Shown piece after piece: positions 20,797-37,205 of a stretch of 64,000 bases of DNA. The DNA comes from an uncultured Actinomycetota bacterium (GTDB taxonomy: Bacteria > Actinomycetota > Actinomycetes > JACCUZ01). The stretch's first letter is position 1, and the number at the start of each line of letters is the position of its first letter. Location: NCBI GenBank assembly GCA_963846525.1, contig CAWJWE010000001.1:164192-228191 (forward strand), given 5' to 3'. Under the pieces are notes generated by a model. The model was given only the letters and a program-made list of their open reading frames with translations. It did no database searches and was not told the origin of the DNA. Position numbers and translations under genes: made by a program.

Positions 20797-22056
20797 CTAA
20801 CGGTCGGGTGTTGCGGGCCAGCGGTCGCGGACGAGGTCCCAGACGGTGTCGGCCAGCGACTCCTTGGGGCCGAGCGGCACCACGGTCTCGCTGCCGTCCG
20901 CGCCGAGCACGACGGCGGCGTTGTCCGCGCCCTCGAACCCGGTGGGGTGCCCGTGGCCGCCGACCTCGTTGACGACCAGCAGGTCGGCCCCCTTGCCGGC
21001 GAGCTTGGCCCGGCCGTGCGTCAGGGCGTCGCCCTCGGCGTCGCCGGTCTCGGCGGCGAACCCGACGACGACCTGTCCCGGCCGGGCCCGGGGTGCGCGG
21101 GCGACCTCGGCCAGCACGTCGGCGGTCCGGACGAGGGCGACCGAGTCGGGTTCGTCCACGCCCTTCTTGATCTTGGTGTCGTGGGTGTCGCGGGGCCGGA
21201 AGTCGGCGACGGCGGCGGCCATCACGACCGCGTCGGCGCTGGCGGCGGCCGAGAGCACCGCCTCGCGCAGCTGCTCCGCGGACACCACGGGGACGACCTT
21301 CGCGCCGGCCGGCTCCGGCAGCGCCACGTTGGCCGCCACCAGGGTGACCTCGGCGCCGCGGGCGAGAGCGGTGGTGGCCAGCGCCCAGCCCTGCCGGCCG
21401 GAGGACCGGTTGCCGAGGAAGCGCACCGGGTCGAGGTGCTCGCGGGTGCCCCCCGCCGAGATCACCACGTGCCGGCCGACCAGGTCGCGGGTCGCGGTGC
21501 GTCCGGCGAGCGCCCGGCGGGCAGCGGCGAAGATCTCGGCCGGTTCGGGCAGCCGCCCCGGGCCGGTGTCGGTGCCGGTCAGCCGGCCGCTGGCCGGCTC
21601 GAGCACCTGCACCCCGCGGCTGCGCAGGGTCTCGACGTTGGCCACCGTGGCGGGGTGCTGCCACATCTCGGTGTGCATCGCCGGCGCCATCAGGACCGGG
21701 CACCGGGCGGTGAGCAGGGTGCTGGTGAGCAGGTCGTCGGCCAGGCCGGCCGCGGCACGGGCCAGCAGGTCGGCGGTGGCCGGCGCGACCAGGACCAGGT
21801 CGGCCTGCTGGCCGATCCGCACGTGCGGCACCTCGTGGACGTCGTCCCAGACGTCGGTGGCGACCGGCTGGCCGGACAGGGCCGCCCAGGTGGCGGCGCC
21901 GACGAACTTCAGCGCCGCGGCGGTCGGCACCACCCGGACGTCGTGGCCGCTCTCGGTCAGCAGCCGGAGCAGCTCGGCGGCCTTGTAGGCCGCGATGCCG
22001 CCGCCGACCCCGAGCACCACACGCGGGCGGGCGGAGTCAGGGGTCACAGCTGTCAC
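20797..22056 (-). CDS. coaBC: Bifunctional phosphopantothenoylcysteine decarboxylase/synthetase
   Basis: Intact 419-aa [19 protein letters not shown]...[10 protein letters not shown]...[25 protein letters not shown] matches CoaBC. Confidence 0.95.
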   Translation of the reverse strand: MTAVTPDSARPRVVLGVGGGIAAYKAAELLRLLTESGHDVRVVPTAAALKFVGAATWAALSGQPVATDVWDDVHEVPHVRIGQQADLVLVAPATADLLARAAAGLADDLLTSTLLTARCPVLMAPAMHTEMWQHPATVANVETLRSRGVQVLEPASGRLTGTDTGPGRLPEPAEIFAAARRALAGRTATRDLVGRHVVISAGGTREHLDPVRFLGNRSSGRQGWALATTALARGAEVTLVAANVALPEPAGAKVVPVVSAEQLREAVLSAAASADAVVMAAAVADFRPRDTHDTKIKKGVDEPDSVALVRTADVLAEVARAPRARPGQVVVGFAAETGDAEGDALTHGRAKLAGKGADLLVVNEVGGHGHPTGFEGADNAAVVLGADGSETVVPLGPKESLADTVWDLVRDRWPATPDR

Positions 22057-22082
22057 GTCCGATGAACCTCGGTCCGGCCGGG

Positions 22083-22349
22083 TCAGGCCTGGTCGACCTT
22101 CTCGGCGGTCAGCATGCCGGAGTTGATCTCGCGCATGGCGATCGACAGCGGCTTCTCGTGCACGTGGGTCTCGACGAGCGGGCCGACGTACTCGAGCAGG
22201 CCCTCGCCGAGCTGGGAGTAGTAGGCGTTGATCTGGCGGGCCCGCTTCGCGGCGTAGATGACCAGGCTGTACTTGGAGTCGGCGATGGCGAGGAGCTCGT
22301 CGATCGGGGGGTTGGTGATGCCCTCAGGCGCGGCGGCGATGCCGGACAC
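22083..22349 (-). CDS. rpoZ: DNA-directed RNA polymerase subunit omega
   Basis: [35 protein letters not shown] matches RpoZ. The start is the GTG at 22349. Confidence 0.9.
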   Translation of the reverse strand: MSGIAAAPEGITNPPIDELLAIADSKYSLVIYAAKRARQINAYYSQLGEGLLEYVGPLVETHVHEKPLSIAMREINSGMLTAEKVDQA

Positions 22350-22371
22350 GGGTGACCTTCCGGTTGGAGCG

Positions 22372-22974
22372 TCAGGAGGCGCTTTCGGACCGACGGTCAG
22401 CGTCGGCCCCGGGCGCAACTGCCAAGGCTACCAGTTGGGCGACGACCTCCGGCACGCTCGTGTTGACCAGCGTCACGTCGAACTCCGGCTCGGCGGCCAG
22501 CTCCTCGCGGGCCACCGCGAGCCGCCGCTCGATCACGTCGGCGGGTTCGGTGCCGCGGCCGGTGAGCCGGCGGACCAGCTCGTCCCACGAGGGCGGCGCC
22601 AGGAACACGAGGGTGGCTCCCGGCATCGCCTGCCGCACCTGCCGGGCGCCCTGCAGGTCGATCTCCAGGATGACCGGCCGGCCGTCGGCCAGGTGGTCGA
22701 GCACCGGCTGCCGTGGCGTGCCGTAGAGGTTGCCGGCGAACTCCGCCCACTCGAGCAGACCGCCCTCGTCGACCAGCTCCTGGAACCGCTCCCGGCTGAC
22801 GAACCGGTAGTGCACCCGGTCGACCTCCCCGGGGCGGGGGAACCGGGTCGTGGCCGACACCGACAGCCACACCTCGGGGTGCTCCTCGCGCAGCGCCTTG
22901 ACCACGGTGCTCTTGCCGACCCCGGACGGACCGGAGAGCACGACGAGACGAGTCGCCGGGTCTGCGGTGCTCAG
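22372..22974 (-). CDS. gmk: Guanylate kinase (start uncertain)
   Basis: [19 protein letters not shown]...[22 protein letters not shown]...[11 protein letters not shown] matches Gmk. No canonical in-frame start lies near the mihF stop, so the 5' boundary is approximate. Confidence 0.9.
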   Translation of the reverse strand: MSTADPATRLVVLSGPSGVGKSTVVKALREEHPEVWLSVSATTRFPRPGEVDRVHYRFVSRERFQELVDEGGLLEWAEFAGNLYGTPRQPVLDHLADGRPVILEIDLQGARQVRQAMPGATLVFLAPPSWDELVRRLTGRGTEPADVIERRLAVAREELAAEPEFDVTLVNTSVPEVVAQLVALAVAPGADADRRSESAS

Positions 22975-23300
22975 GCTGTGCCGCCGAACTCCCGCTCGAG
23001 GGACGCCATCTGCTGGGCACCGAGACCGCGGACCCGCCGGCTCTCGGAGATGCCGATCTCCTCCATGATCTTGCGGGCCCGGACCTTGCCGACGCCGGGC
23101 AACGACTCGAGCACCGAGGAGACCTTCATCTTCCCGACGATGTCGTTGCCGCCTTCCCGGCTGCCCTCCTTGAGCACCTCGATCAGCGAGGCACCGGAGT
23201 GCTTGAGCCGGTTCTTCACGGCGGCCCGCTCCCGTCTCGCGATGGCGGCCTTCTCGAGGGCCGCCGCCCTCTGCTCGGGGGTCAACGGGGGCAGTGCCAC
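22971..23300 (-). CDS. mihF: Integration host factor MihF
   Basis: 109-aa ORF with a GTG start. [32 protein letters not shown]...[18 protein letters not shown] matches the actinobacterial MihF family. Confidence 0.9.
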   Translation of the reverse strand: MALPPLTPEQRAAALEKAAIARRERAAVKNRLKHSGASLIEVLKEGSREGGNDIVGKMKVSSVLESLPGVGKVRARKIMEEIGISESRRVRGLGAQQMASLEREFGGTA

Positions 23301-23487
23301 TAGAGGTCACCTCGGGCGTCGGAGCAACGGATCAACGGAGGAAGAACGTTGAGGAACCTAGCGACTGCCAGGCCCCGCAAGCAATGCGAGTCGGGCCCTC
23401 AGGACGAGATTCGACCGAACGTCCTAGGGTGTGACGGCCGGTCGGTCATCAGCACGACGCGATCAGTGACGACGACAGAACGCGCGT

Positions 23488-24183
23488 TCAGCGCAACGAC
23501 TCGGCGAGCTCGCGGGCAGCCGCCGCGACGTCGGCTGCACCGGTGATGGGACGTCCGACGACGAGCAGGTCGGCGCCGTCAGCCAACGCTTGACGCGGTG
23601 TCGCGATCCGAGCCTGGTCGCCGGCCGGGCCACCGGACGGACGCACACCCGGCGTGATCAGCCGTACGTCGGGGCCGACCTCGCGGCGTACGTCGGCGAC
23701 CTCGAGCGGCGAGCACACCAGTGCGCGAGCTCCGCCCTCGACGGCGAGCACCGCAAGCCGCAGCACGGCGTCCCGGGGCGTCCCGGCGAAGCCGACGGCC
23801 GACAGCTGTTCCGCGGTCAACGAGGTGAGGACCGTGACGCCGACGACCTGGGTGGCGGGCAACGCGTCGACCGCGGCCCGGACCATCTCCGGGCCACCGC
23901 TGGCGTGCACCGTGAGATAGGTCGGCGCCAGCTCGGCGACCGAGCGCGCGGCGCCGGCGACGGTGTTCGGGATGTCGTGCAGCTTGAGGTCGAGGAACAC
24001 GTCACGCCCGCCGCTGGCCTCGCGGGTCTTCAGCACCGCGTCCTGGCCGTGCCGGAGGAACAGCTCGAGGCCCACCTTCACCGTGCTCACGTGCGGGCCG
24101 GCCGCCGCGGCCCAGCCGACCGCGGTCTCCAGGTCGGGGGTGTCCAGGGCGACGGCGAGCGGAGCGAGGGCATGGTCGGTCAT
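23488..24183 (-). CDS. pyrF: Orotidine 5'-phosphate decarboxylase
   Basis: LAVALDTPDLE...VFLDLKLHDIPNTV...LVVGRPIT matches PyrF and the ORF is intact. The ATG at 24183 is preferred over 24231. Confidence 0.9.
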   Translation of the reverse strand: MTDHALAPLAVALDTPDLETAVGWAAAAGPHVSTVKVGLELFLRHGQDAVLKTREASGGRDVFLDLKLHDIPNTVAGAARSVAELAPTYLTVHASGGPEMVRAAVDALPATQVVGVTVLTSLTAEQLSAVGFAGTPRDAVLRLAVLAVEGGARALVCSPLEVADVRREVGPDVRLITPGVRPSGGPAGDQARIATPRQALADGADLLVVGRPITGAADVAAAARELAESLR

Positions 24184-24196
24184 TGCGGGTCTCCCA

Positions 24197-25168
24197 TCAC
24201 GAGCGGTGGGCGTGGCCGACGGCATCGGCAAGGGTGCTGAACCCGCGCGCGGCCAGCACGTCGACCAGCTCGGCCAGCACCCGGACGGGTGCCGACGGGT
24301 CGGAGAAGATCGCCGTGCCCACCGACACCGCGCTGGCGCCGGCGAGGACGAGCTCGAACGCGTCCCGCCCGGAGGCGACCCCGCCCATGCCCAGGATCGG
24401 CACCTCCGGCAGCGCGGCGTGCACCTGCCAGATGCAGCGCACCGCGACCGGCTTGACCGCGCGGCCGGAGAGCCCGCCGGTGACCCCGGCCAGCACCGGG
24501 CGCATGGTGTCCAGGTCGAGCGCCATGCCGAGCAGCGTGTTGATCATCGACAGCCCGTCGGCGCCCGCGTCGACGCACGAGCGCGCGATGGTGACGATGT
24601 CGGTGACGTCCGGTGACAGCTTGGCGAGCACCGGGACGGACGGCGCGGTGTGCCGGCGTACCGCTCCCACGACCGCCGCGGCGGCATCCGGGTCGCAGGC
24701 GAAGACCAGGCCGCGGTCGGCGACGTTGGGGCAGGAGATGTTCACCTCGACGGCGACCAGGCCGGGCGCCCCCCGCAGCCGGCGGGCCAGCTCGGCGTAC
24801 TCCTCGACGGTGCCGCCCGCGATGGACACCACCGCCCGGGCGCCGCGGTCGTGCAGCCACGGCAGGTCGTGGGTGAGGAACGCGTCGATGCCAGGGCCTT
24901 GCAGGCCGATCGAGTTGAGCATGCCGCTGGCCGTCTCGGCCATCCGCGGCGTCGCCCGGCCGGACCGGGCATCCAGCATGATCGACTTGGTGACCACGGC
25001 ACCGAGCTCGGCGACGTCGAAGAACTGCCCCAGCTCGCGGCCCGCGGCGGCGCAGCCCGAGGCGGTCAGCACCGGATTGGGCAGCACCAGGTCGCCGAGC
25101 CGTGCGGTCATGTCGACGACCGGCGCGGCCCGGCGCGGGGCCTCGACCGTGCGCACGTGAAAGCTCAT
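24197..25168 (-). CDS. pyrD: Dihydroorotate dehydrogenase, class 1B catalytic subunit
   Basis: NPVLTASGC...NSIGLQGPG...EVNISCPN...GLSGRAVKPVA...GMGGV matches PyrD and the ORF is intact. Its start overlaps the pyrK stop. Confidence 0.9.
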   Translation of the reverse strand: MSFHVRTVEAPRRAAPVVDMTARLGDLVLPNPVLTASGCAAAGRELGQFFDVAELGAVVTKSIMLDARSGRATPRMAETASGMLNSIGLQGPGIDAFLTHDLPWLHDRGARAVVSIAGGTVEEYAELARRLRGAPGLVAVEVNISCPNVADRGLVFACDPDAAAAVVGAVRRHTAPSVPVLAKLSPDVTDIVTIARSCVDAGADGLSMINTLLGMALDLDTMRPVLAGVTGGLSGRAVKPVAVRCIWQVHAALPEVPILGMGGVASGRDAFELVLAGASAVSVGTAIFSDPSAPVRVLAELVDVLAARGFSTLADAVGHAHRS

Positions 25169-26027
25169 CAGTGGCCTCCTGAGGCGGGGGCGCCGACCGC
25201 GTCGGCGGGCACCGTGCCCACGTCGTCCCAGCGGACCCGGTCGCCCGGGAAGACCGGGCCGTCCACGCAGGACCGCACCATCCGGGTCCGGCCGTCGTCG
25301 CCGACGACCGGCAGCACGCAGGTCATGCAGACACCGATCCCGCAGGCCATCGACTCCTCGACGGCGCACTGGGCCACCACCCCGCGCCCGGCGGCCACGG
25401 CGGTGACCGCCCGGAGCATGGCCATCGGGCCGCAGGCGTAGACGACGTCGGTGTGCGCGGCCGCCATCACGCCCGGCAACGCGTCGGTGACCCGGCCGGC
25501 GAGCCCGGCCGAGCCGTCGTCGGTGGTGACCGCCACGGTCGAGGCCATCCGCTTGGCGTCCAGCACCCCGAACAGCCGGTCGTCGCTCGCGGCGCCCAGC
25601 ACGAAGTCGACCCGGCAGCCGCGGCCGCGCAGGGCGTCGGCCAGACCGAACAGCGGAGCGCTGCCGTAGCCGCCGCCGACCAGGGTCGCGCTGACCGCGT
25701 CCCGCGGCAGGCTGAACGGCCGGCCGAGCGGGCCGACCACGTCGACCGGCGTGTGCGGGTGCTGCGCGGCCAGCCAGGCCGTGCCCGCCCCGTGCACGGC
25801 GAGCACCACCTCGACGGTGCCGCCGTAGACGCCGCGGCTGCTGACCTTGTAGACCGAGAACGCGCGCCGCAGCGACAGGCCGGAGTCCGCGCCGCCGGTG
25901 GCCAGCGCGACGAACTGGCCGGGCCGGGTCCGCTCGGCGATCCCCGGGGCCACCAGCGTGAGGTGGTGGTAGGCGCCGACCCGCCGGGTGGACAGGATCT
26001 GGCCGGCGACCTGCAGCGGTCCCTCGC

Positions 26028-26031
<4 letters not shown>
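25168..26031 (-). CDS. pyrK: Dihydroorotate dehydrogenase electron-transfer subunit
   Basis: The FAD/NAD-binding part reads RRAFSVY...GGGYGSAPL. The C-terminal 2Fe-2S cysteines read [15 protein letters not shown]...SCVDGPVF. The ORF is intact. Confidence 0.85.
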
Positions 26032-29389
<3,358 letters not shown>

Positions 29390-29390
<1 letters not shown>

Positions 29391-30495
29391 CAGGCGCCTT
29401 CCAGAAGCTGGCTGAAGCGGTCGAACAGGTACGCCGCGTCGTGCGGGCCGGCCGCCGCCTCGGGGTGGTACTGCACCGAGAAAGCCGGCACGTCGTGGCA
29501 CCGCAGTCCCTCGACGACGTCGTCGTTGAGACAGACGTGGCTGACCTCGGCGGCGCCGAACGGCGTGTCGAAGGTCCCCTGTCGGGGCGCCTCGACGGCG
29601 AAGCCGTGGTTGTGGGCGGTCACCTCGACCTTGCCGGTGAGCCGGTCCTGCACCGGCTGGTTGATGCCGCGGTGGCCGTAGCGCAGCTTGTAGGTGCCCA
29701 GGCCAAGCGCCCGGCCGAGGACCTGGTTGCCGAAGCAGATGCCGAAGACCGGCACCCCGCGGCCGAGCAGGTCGGCGGTCAGCTGCGACCGCGCGGTCGG
29801 CGGTGGCCGGGTCGCCGGGGCCGTTGGAGAGGAAGACGCCGTCGGCGCCGGTGGCGAGCACCTGCTGCACCGTCGAGGTGGCGGGCAGCACGTGGGTCTC
29901 GATGCCGCGCTCGGCCATCCGGAGCGGGGTCATCGGCTTGATGCCGAGGTCGAGCGCCGCCACGGTGAACCGCTTCTCGCCGGTGGCGGCGACGACGTAC
30001 GGCTCGCCGGTGGTGACCTCGCCGGTCAGGTCGGCACCGGCCATCGGCGGGGCGTCCCGGACCCGCGCCAGGAACGGTCCGGCTGTCGGTGGCCGCCGAG
30101 GTGATGCCTACCCGCATGGCACCGCGCTCGCGCAGGTGCCGGGTCAGCGCCCTGGTGTCGATGCCGCTGATGCCCACGACGCCCTGGCCGGCCAGCTCGT
30201 CGCCCAGGCTGCGCTGCGAGCGCCACGAGGAAGACCGCCGGCTCGGCTCGCGCACGACGTAGCCGCTGACCCAGATCCGGCCCGACTCCGGGTCGTCGTC
30301 GTTGACCCCGGTGTTGCCCACGTGCGGAGATGTCATCACCACGACCTGGCGGTGGTAGCTCGGGTCGGTGAGCGTCTCCTGGTAGCCGGTCATGCCGGTC
30401 GAGAAGACCGCCTCGCCGAACGTCTCGCCGGTCGCCCCGTAGGACTCGCCGCGGAACGTGCGGCCGTCCTCGAGGACGAGCAGCGCGGGGGCCAC
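29390..30495 (-). CDS. carA: Carbamoyl-phosphate synthase small subunit (at least 2 frameshifts, near 30090 and 29790)
   Basis: Three frames supply [21 protein letters not shown]...[12 protein letters not shown], then [22 protein letters not shown]...[11 protein letters not shown], then [12 protein letters not shown]...SVQYHPEA. Confidence 0.9.
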
Positions 30496-31778
30496 TACTG
30501 CAGCTTCCCGTCGAGGACGGTCGGGCGGCCGCGGAGGAACGTCGCGACGACCGCCCCGGGCAGGGTGCGCCCGGCATACGGCGTGTTGCGCGACCGCGAG
30601 GCCAGCGCGAACGGGTCGATCTCGCGGCGCGCGGCCGGGTCGAGCAGCACCAGGTTCGCCGGCGCCCCCACCTCGAGCGGCCGGCCGTGGTCGTCGACCA
30701 GACCGATCCGGGCCGGTCTGGTCGACATCCGGTCGGCGACACCGGCCCAGTCGAGCAGCCCGGTGTCGACCATGGCCTCCTGCACGACCGAGAGCGCGGT
30801 CTCGAGGCCGAGCATCCCCATCGCCGCCGCCGCCCACTCGCAGTCCTTGTCCTCGTGCGAGTGCGGCGCGTGGTCGGTCGCGACCGCGTCGATCGTGCCG
30901 TCGGCCAGCGCCTCGCGCAGCGCGGTCACGTCGTCGGCGGTGCGCAGCGGCGGGTTCACCTTGAACAGCGGGTCGTACGTCGTGGCCAGCTCGTCGGTGA
31001 GCAGCAGGTGGTGCGGGGTGACCTCTGCGGTGACGTTCCAGCCCTTCGACTTCGCCCAGCGCAGGATCTCGACCGAGCCGGCCGTCGACACGTGGCAGAC
31101 GTGCAGCCGGGAGCCGACGTGGGCGGCGAGCAGCACGTCGCGGGCGATGACCGCCTCCTCCGCGACGGCCGGCCAGCCCTGCAGGCCGAGCACCCCGGAC
31201 AGCTCGCCCTCGTTCATCTGGGCGCCCTCGGTGAGCCGGGGCTCCTGGGCGTGCTGGGCGACGACGCCGCCGAACGCCTTGACGTACTCCAGGGCGCGAC
31301 GCATCAGCACCGCGTCCGAGACGCACTTCCCGTCGTCGGAGAAGACCCGGACCCTGGCAGCGCTGTCGGCCATCGCGCCGAGCTCGGCCAGCCGCTCGCC
31401 CTGCAGGCCCACCGTGACGGCGCCGACCGGCCGGACGTCGCAGTGCCCCGCCTCCCGGCCCAGCCGCCAGACCTGCTCGACCACGCCCGCGGTGTCCGCG
31501 ACCGGGTCGGTGTTGGCCATCGCGTGCACCGCGGTGAAGCCGCCCAGCGCCGCGGCCGACGGTGCCGGTCTCGACGGTCTCGGCGTCCTCCCGGCCGGGC
31601 TCGCGCAGGTGGGTGTGCAGGTCGACCAGACCCGGCAGGGCGACCAGCCCGTCGGCGTCGACCACCTCGGCGCCGGCCCGGCTCAGCCTGCTGCCGATCT
31701 CGACCAGGACGCCGTCCTCGACCACCAGGTCGGCCGGCTCGCCCCCGAGCAGCCGGGCACCCTGCACGACGTACGTGT

Positions 31779-31782
<4 letters not shown>
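30495..31782 (-). CDS. pyrC: Dihydroorotase (one frameshift near 31550)
   Basis: The N-terminal frame reads [12 protein letters not shown]...[18 protein letters not shown]. The main frame reads [15 protein letters not shown]...VATDHAPH. Confidence 0.9.
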
Positions 31783-33394
<1,612 letters not shown>

Positions 33395-33551
33395 TTAAAG
33401 GATGTCCGTTGACCGGGGCCCACCGTAGCAGCGGCGGACCGGGGCACCGACTGCCGCGCCCCGGCGCGTCCCGGCCCGGGCGCGATGCGTGACCTGGCCG
33501 TTCGGACATCGTTTTGCAGACCGGCTGAACTTTCTCGTGACTCTGCGTAAC

Positions 33552-33566
33552 GTCACCCATAGTGAC
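33552..33566 (+). promoter_or_regulatory. Candidate BldD box in the bldD promoter
   Basis: GTCACCCATAGTGAC is a perfect palindrome that fits the reported BldD box TNAC-N5-GTNA. It lies about 95 nt upstream of the bldD ATG. Confidence 0.5.
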
Positions 33567-33659
33567 CGCGATACTGGGTCAGGGCCGCCGCGCATGCGGC
33601 GGCGGGGGAAGCAGCACACAGGACATGTCACCACGGGTGACCAGGAAGGGTGGGCCACG

Positions 33660-34148
33660 ATGGCGACCGAGTACGCGCGGGCGCTGGGGGGACGGCTGCG
33701 AGCCATCCGGACCCAGCAAGGGTTGTCCCTGCACGGCGTCGAGGAGAAGTCCTCCGGACGCTGGAAGGCAGTGGTGGTGGGTTCCTACGAGCGCGGCGAC
33801 CGCGCCGTGACGGTGCAGCGGCTGGCCGAGCTGGCCGACTTCTACGCCGTTCCGGTCTCCGAGCTGCTGCCCGACGGGGCGCCGAGCGGGGCTGCCGAGC
33901 CGCCGCCGAGGCTGATCATCGACCTGGAGAAGCTGCAGGTCGTGCCGGCCGAGAAGGCCGGCCCGCTGGCGCGCTACGCCGCGACCATCCAGGCCCAGCG
34001 GGGCGACTACAACGGCCGGGTGCTCTCGATCCGGCAGGACGACCTGCGCACCCTGGCCGTGATCTACGACGAGACCCCGAGCCAGCTCACCGAGCAGCTG
34101 ATCTCCTGGGGCGTGCTGAACCCGGAGGCCCGGCGGGCCCTGGACTGA
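33660..34148 (+). CDS. bldD: BldD-family developmental regulator (XRE HTH plus c-di-GMP-binding C-terminal domain)
   Basis: MATEYARALGGRLRAIRTQQGLSLHGVEEKSSGRWKAVVVGSYERGDRAVTVQRLAELADFY is near-identical in pattern to Streptomyces BldD. The C-terminal domain carries RGD-YNGRVLSI-RQDD. The pyrR / bldD / nusB / efp synteny also matches Streptomyces. Confidence 0.85.
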   Translation: MATEYARALGGRLRAIRTQQGLSLHGVEEKSSGRWKAVVVGSYERGDRAVTVQRLAELADFYAVPVSELLPDGAPSGAAEPPPRLIIDLEKLQVVPAEKAGPLARYAATIQAQRGDYNGRVLSIRQDDLRTLAVIYDETPSQLTEQLISWGVLNPEARRALD

Positions 34149-34161
34149 GCCCGCCGACGGG

Positions 34162-34572
34162 TCAGGGCTGCAGGCTCGGCTTGAGCTCGAGCAGCCGGCC
34201 GAGCAGCCCGTTGACGAAGGACGGCGAGTCGTCGGTCGACAGCGACCGGGCGAGCTCGACGGCCTGGTCGATCACCACGGCGTCGGGGATGTCGTCCCGC
34301 CAGAGCAGCTCGAAGGTGCCCAGCCGGAGGATCGCCCGGTCGACGGCGGGCATCCGGTCCAGGGACCAGCCCTGGGAGTACGTCGTGAGCAGCTCGTCGA
34401 TGCGGTCCCGGTGCGCCACGACGCCCTCGACCAGCTCGACGGTGAACTCCCCCACCGGCGGGTCCGCGGCGGCCAGCCGGCCGGCAAGTGTCTCGAGGGC
34501 GCTCGCACCGCGCTGCTCGGACTCGAACAGCACGTCGAGCGCGCGCTTGCGGGCCTTGCTCCGGGCGGACAT
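34162..34572 (-). CDS. nusB: Transcription antitermination factor NusB
   Basis: Intact 136-aa ORF. KARKRALDVLFESEQRG...DRMPAVDRAILRLGTFELL...FVNGLLGRL matches NusB. Confidence 0.95.
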   Translation of the reverse strand: MSARSKARKRALDVLFESEQRGASALETLAGRLAAADPPVGEFTVELVEGVVAHRDRIDELLTTYSQGWSLDRMPAVDRAILRLGTFELLWRDDIPDAVVIDQAVELARSLSTDDSPSFVNGLLGRLLELKPSLQP

Positions 34573-34585
34573 CAGCGGGCCGACG

Positions 34586-35152
34586 TCATGAACCGGTGAC
34601 CCGGCCGAGGTAGCTGCCGTCGCGGGTGTCGACCTTGACCTTCTCGCCGGTGGTGATGAACAGCGGCACGGCGATCTCGGCGCCGGTCTCGAGGGTGGCC
34701 GGCTTGGTGCCGCCGGTCGACCGGTCGCCCTGCATCCCCGGCTCCGTGTAGGAGATGGCCAGCTCGACGGCTGCGGGCAGCTCGACGTACAGCGCGGTGC
34801 CCTCGTGCAGGGCGACGACGGCGTCCTGGTTCTCCAGCATGAAGCCGGCCCGGTCGCCGACCGTGTCGGCCGGCACGTGGATCTGGTCGTAGGTCTGCGA
34901 GTCCATGAACACGAAGTCAGTGCCCTCCTTGTAGAGGTACTGCATGTCCCGCTTGTCCACCACCGCGGTGTCGACCTTGGTCCCCGCGTTGAAGGTCTTG
35001 TCGACGACCTTGCCGGACAGCACGTTCTTCAGCTTGGTGCGGACGAAGGCACCGCCCTTGCCGGGCTTGACGTGCTGGAACTCCACGATCGACCACAGCT
35101 GGCCGTCCAGGTTGAGCACCAGGCCGTTCTTCAGGTCGTTCGTCGTCGCCAC
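34586..35152 (-). CDS. efp: Elongation factor P
   Basis: Intact 188-aa [44 protein letters not shown] matches EF-P. Confidence 0.97.
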   Translation of the reverse strand: MATTNDLKNGLVLNLDGQLWSIVEFQHVKPGKGGAFVRTKLKNVLSGKVVDKTFNAGTKVDTAVVDKRDMQYLYKEGTDFVFMDSQTYDQIHVPADTVGDRAGFMLENQDAVVALHEGTALYVELPAAVELAISYTEPGMQGDRSTGGTKPATLETGAEIAVPLFITTGEKVKVDTRDGSYLGRVTGS

Positions 35153-35196
35153 GGTCAGTCCTTCTACTCGCGTGCAGAGTTCGGTGGTCAGGCAGG

Positions 35197-36276
35197 TCAG
35201 AGGACCAGGAGGTCCTTCGAGGTCGTCGTGAGCAGCTCCGGTGCGTCCTCGCCGACGACGAGGGTGTCCTCGATGCGGACGCCTCCGCGGCCGGGGAGGT
35301 AGACCCCGGGCTCGACGGTGACCGGTGTGCGGGCAGCGAGTCTACCGTTCGCCTGGGCGCCGAGCAGCGGTGCCTCGTGGATCTCCAGCCCGACCCCGTG
35401 GCCCAAACCGTGGGTGAACTGCTCGCCGTAGCCCGCCGCGACCACCACCGCGCGGGCTGCGCCATCCACGTCACGGACGTCAGCGTCGACCGCCAGGGCG
35501 TGCCGGCCGGCCCGCTGGGCGCGGCGTACGACGTCGTAGATCTCCCGTTGCCAGTCCGCCGGCTCGCGCCCCACAACGAGGGTCCGGGTGCAGTCGGCGT
35601 GGTAGCCGCCGTACTTCGCACCGAAGTCGATCTTGAGCAGGTCGCCGCGGACGATCTCCCGGTCGGTCGGGCTGTGGTGCGGGATGGCGCTGTTCGGCCC
35701 GGTCGCGACGATCGTGGCGAAGGCGATGCCGTCCGCCCCCAGCTCGACCATCGCGGCCTCCAGCCGGCGAGCCACCTCCCGCTCGGTCTGCCCCGGCGCC
35801 GTGCGGCCCAGCGTCTCGCGCAGCGCGAGGTCCCCGATCGCGCAGGCCTCCCGCAGCAGGGCGAGCTCGCTGTCGTCCTTGACCGTGCGCAGCGTCTCGA
35901 CGGCATGCCCGAGCGGCACCAGCTCCGGCGCACCGTCGACGTCCCGCAGCGCCGCGTGGCCTTCGACGGTCACGTCGTGCGCCTCGAACGCGAGCCGGCG
36001 CAGGCCCTCGCGCCCGGCCCGGGCCATCAGGCCGGTGGCGCACTCCCGATCGACCAGCAGCTCCAGCCCCGGCGACTCCTGGCCGGCCTGGGTGACGTAG
36101 CGGCCGTCGGTGGCCAGCACGTCGTCGCGGTCGGTGACGAGCAGTGCGGCGTTCGACCCGGTGAAGCCGGTCAGGTACCGCACGTTGACGAGTCGGGTGA
36201 CCAGAGCGGCCTCGGCCCCGACCGTCCGGACCAGGTCGCGCAGGCGCTCGCGCCGGTCGGCGTGGGTCTGAGGCAC
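35197..36276 (-). CDS. M24-family Xaa-Pro aminopeptidase/dipeptidase
   Basis: Intact 359-aa ORF. The metal-ligand context reads [20 protein letters not shown]...[13 protein letters not shown]...VTVEPGVY...RIED. Confidence 0.85.
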   Translation of the reverse strand: MPQTHADRRERLRDLVRTVGAEAALVTRLVNVRYLTGFTGSNAALLVTDRDDVLATDGRYVTQAGQESPGLELLVDRECATGLMARAGREGLRRLAFEAHDVTVEGHAALRDVDGAPELVPLGHAVETLRTVKDDSELALLREACAIGDLALRETLGRTAPGQTEREVARRLEAAMVELGADGIAFATIVATGPNSAIPHHSPTDREIVRGDLLKIDFGAKYGGYHADCTRTLVVGREPADWQREIYDVVRRAQRAGRHALAVDADVRDVDGAARAVVVAAGYGEQFTHGLGHGVGLEIHEAPLLGAQANGRLAARTPVTVEPGVYLPGRGGVRIEDTLVVGEDAPELLTTTSKDLLVL

Positions 36277-36285
36277 TGCGCCACC

Positions 36286-36771
36286 CTAGAGGTCGCGCGA
36301 CCACAGGCCGATCTGGACGCCGCCGTCGTCCGGGTCCTTGGTGCGGCCCTCGTGCTGGAAGCCGCGGCCACGGTAGAGCCGTTGCGAGCGCTGGTTGTCC
36401 TCGTGGGTCCAGAGCTGGACCCGGCGGTAGGCGCGGCGGCGGGCCTCGTCCAACGTCGCGTCGAGCAGGAGACCGCCCACGCCCTTGCCCCAGTGGCCCG
36501 GCAGCACGAACACCATCGCGACGTGGCAGAGCCCGGGGATCTCGTCGCCGGCGCCGTCGTCGGCCCGGGCCGGCATGGCGAAGGCGACGCCCACCATCTC
36601 GCCGCCGTCCTCGGCGACCGTCAGCCAGGTGCCGTCGAGCCCGATCCGCGACCGCACGGTGTCCTCGACGACGGGCTGCGCCGGACCGCCACGGCGCGCC
36701 TCGTCCGAGGCACGCCACACAGCGACGGCGGCGTCCCGGTCGGCCTCGGTCCCGAGCCGGACCGTGGTCAC
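36286..36771 (-). CDS. GNAT-family N-acetyltransferase
   Basis: The GTG at 36771 overlaps the aroQ stop. The motif A region reads [35 protein letters not shown]...[13 protein letters not shown]. Confidence 0.75.
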   Translation of the reverse strand: MTTVRLGTEADRDAAVAVWRASDEARRGGPAQPVVEDTVRSRIGLDGTWLTVAEDGGEMVGVAFAMPARADDGAGDEIPGLCHVAMVFVLPGHWGKGVGGLLLDATLDEARRRAYRRVQLWTHEDNQRSQRLYRGRGFQHEGRTKDPDDGGVQIGLWSRDL

Positions 36772-37205
36772 GCCGTCGTGGCCGCAGCGATCGCCCGCAG
36801 CGCCAGCCGGTAGGAGTCGACGCCGAAACCGGTGATCGAGCCGGTGGCCACGCCCGCAACCACCGACGTGTGCCGGAACGACTCCCGGGCCGCCGGGTTC
36901 GACAGGTGCACCTCGACCAGGGGGGCGGTCAGCGCGGCGCAGGCGTCCCGCAGGGCGTAGGAGTAGTGGGTGAACGCCGCCGGGTTCAGCACGACGGGCG
37001 TCGCGGTGTCCGCCGCCTCGTGCAGCCAACGGACCAGCTCGGCCTCGTCGTCGGTCTGCCGCACCTCGACCTCGAGGCCCAGCTCGGCACCGGCTGCCGC
37101 GCAGGCGGCCACCAGGTCGTCGTGGCTCGCCGTGCCGTAGACCTCCGGCTCGCGCGAGCCGAGCCGGCCGAGGTTGGGACCGTTGAGCACAAGCACGTTG
37201 GTCAC
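36768..37205 (-). CDS. aroQ: Type II 3-dehydroquinate dehydratase
   Basis: [21 protein letters not shown]...[15 protein letters not shown]...[16 protein letters not shown] matches AroQ and the ORF is intact. Confidence 0.95.
   Translation of the reverse strand: MTNVLVLNGPNLGRLGSREPEVYGTASHDDLVAACAAAGAELGLEVEVRQTDDEAELVRWLHEAADTATPVVLNPAAFTHYSYALRDACAALTAPLVEVHLSNPAARESFRHTSVVAGVATGSITGFGVDSYRLALRAIAAATTA

Noticed and set aside
33489-33659. An upstream extension of the bldD ORF, which the ORF track starts at 33489.
   Set aside because: The extension has no homology to BldD. The ATG at 33660 gives the canonical MATEYA... N-terminus. The extension would also run through the BldD-box/promoter region.
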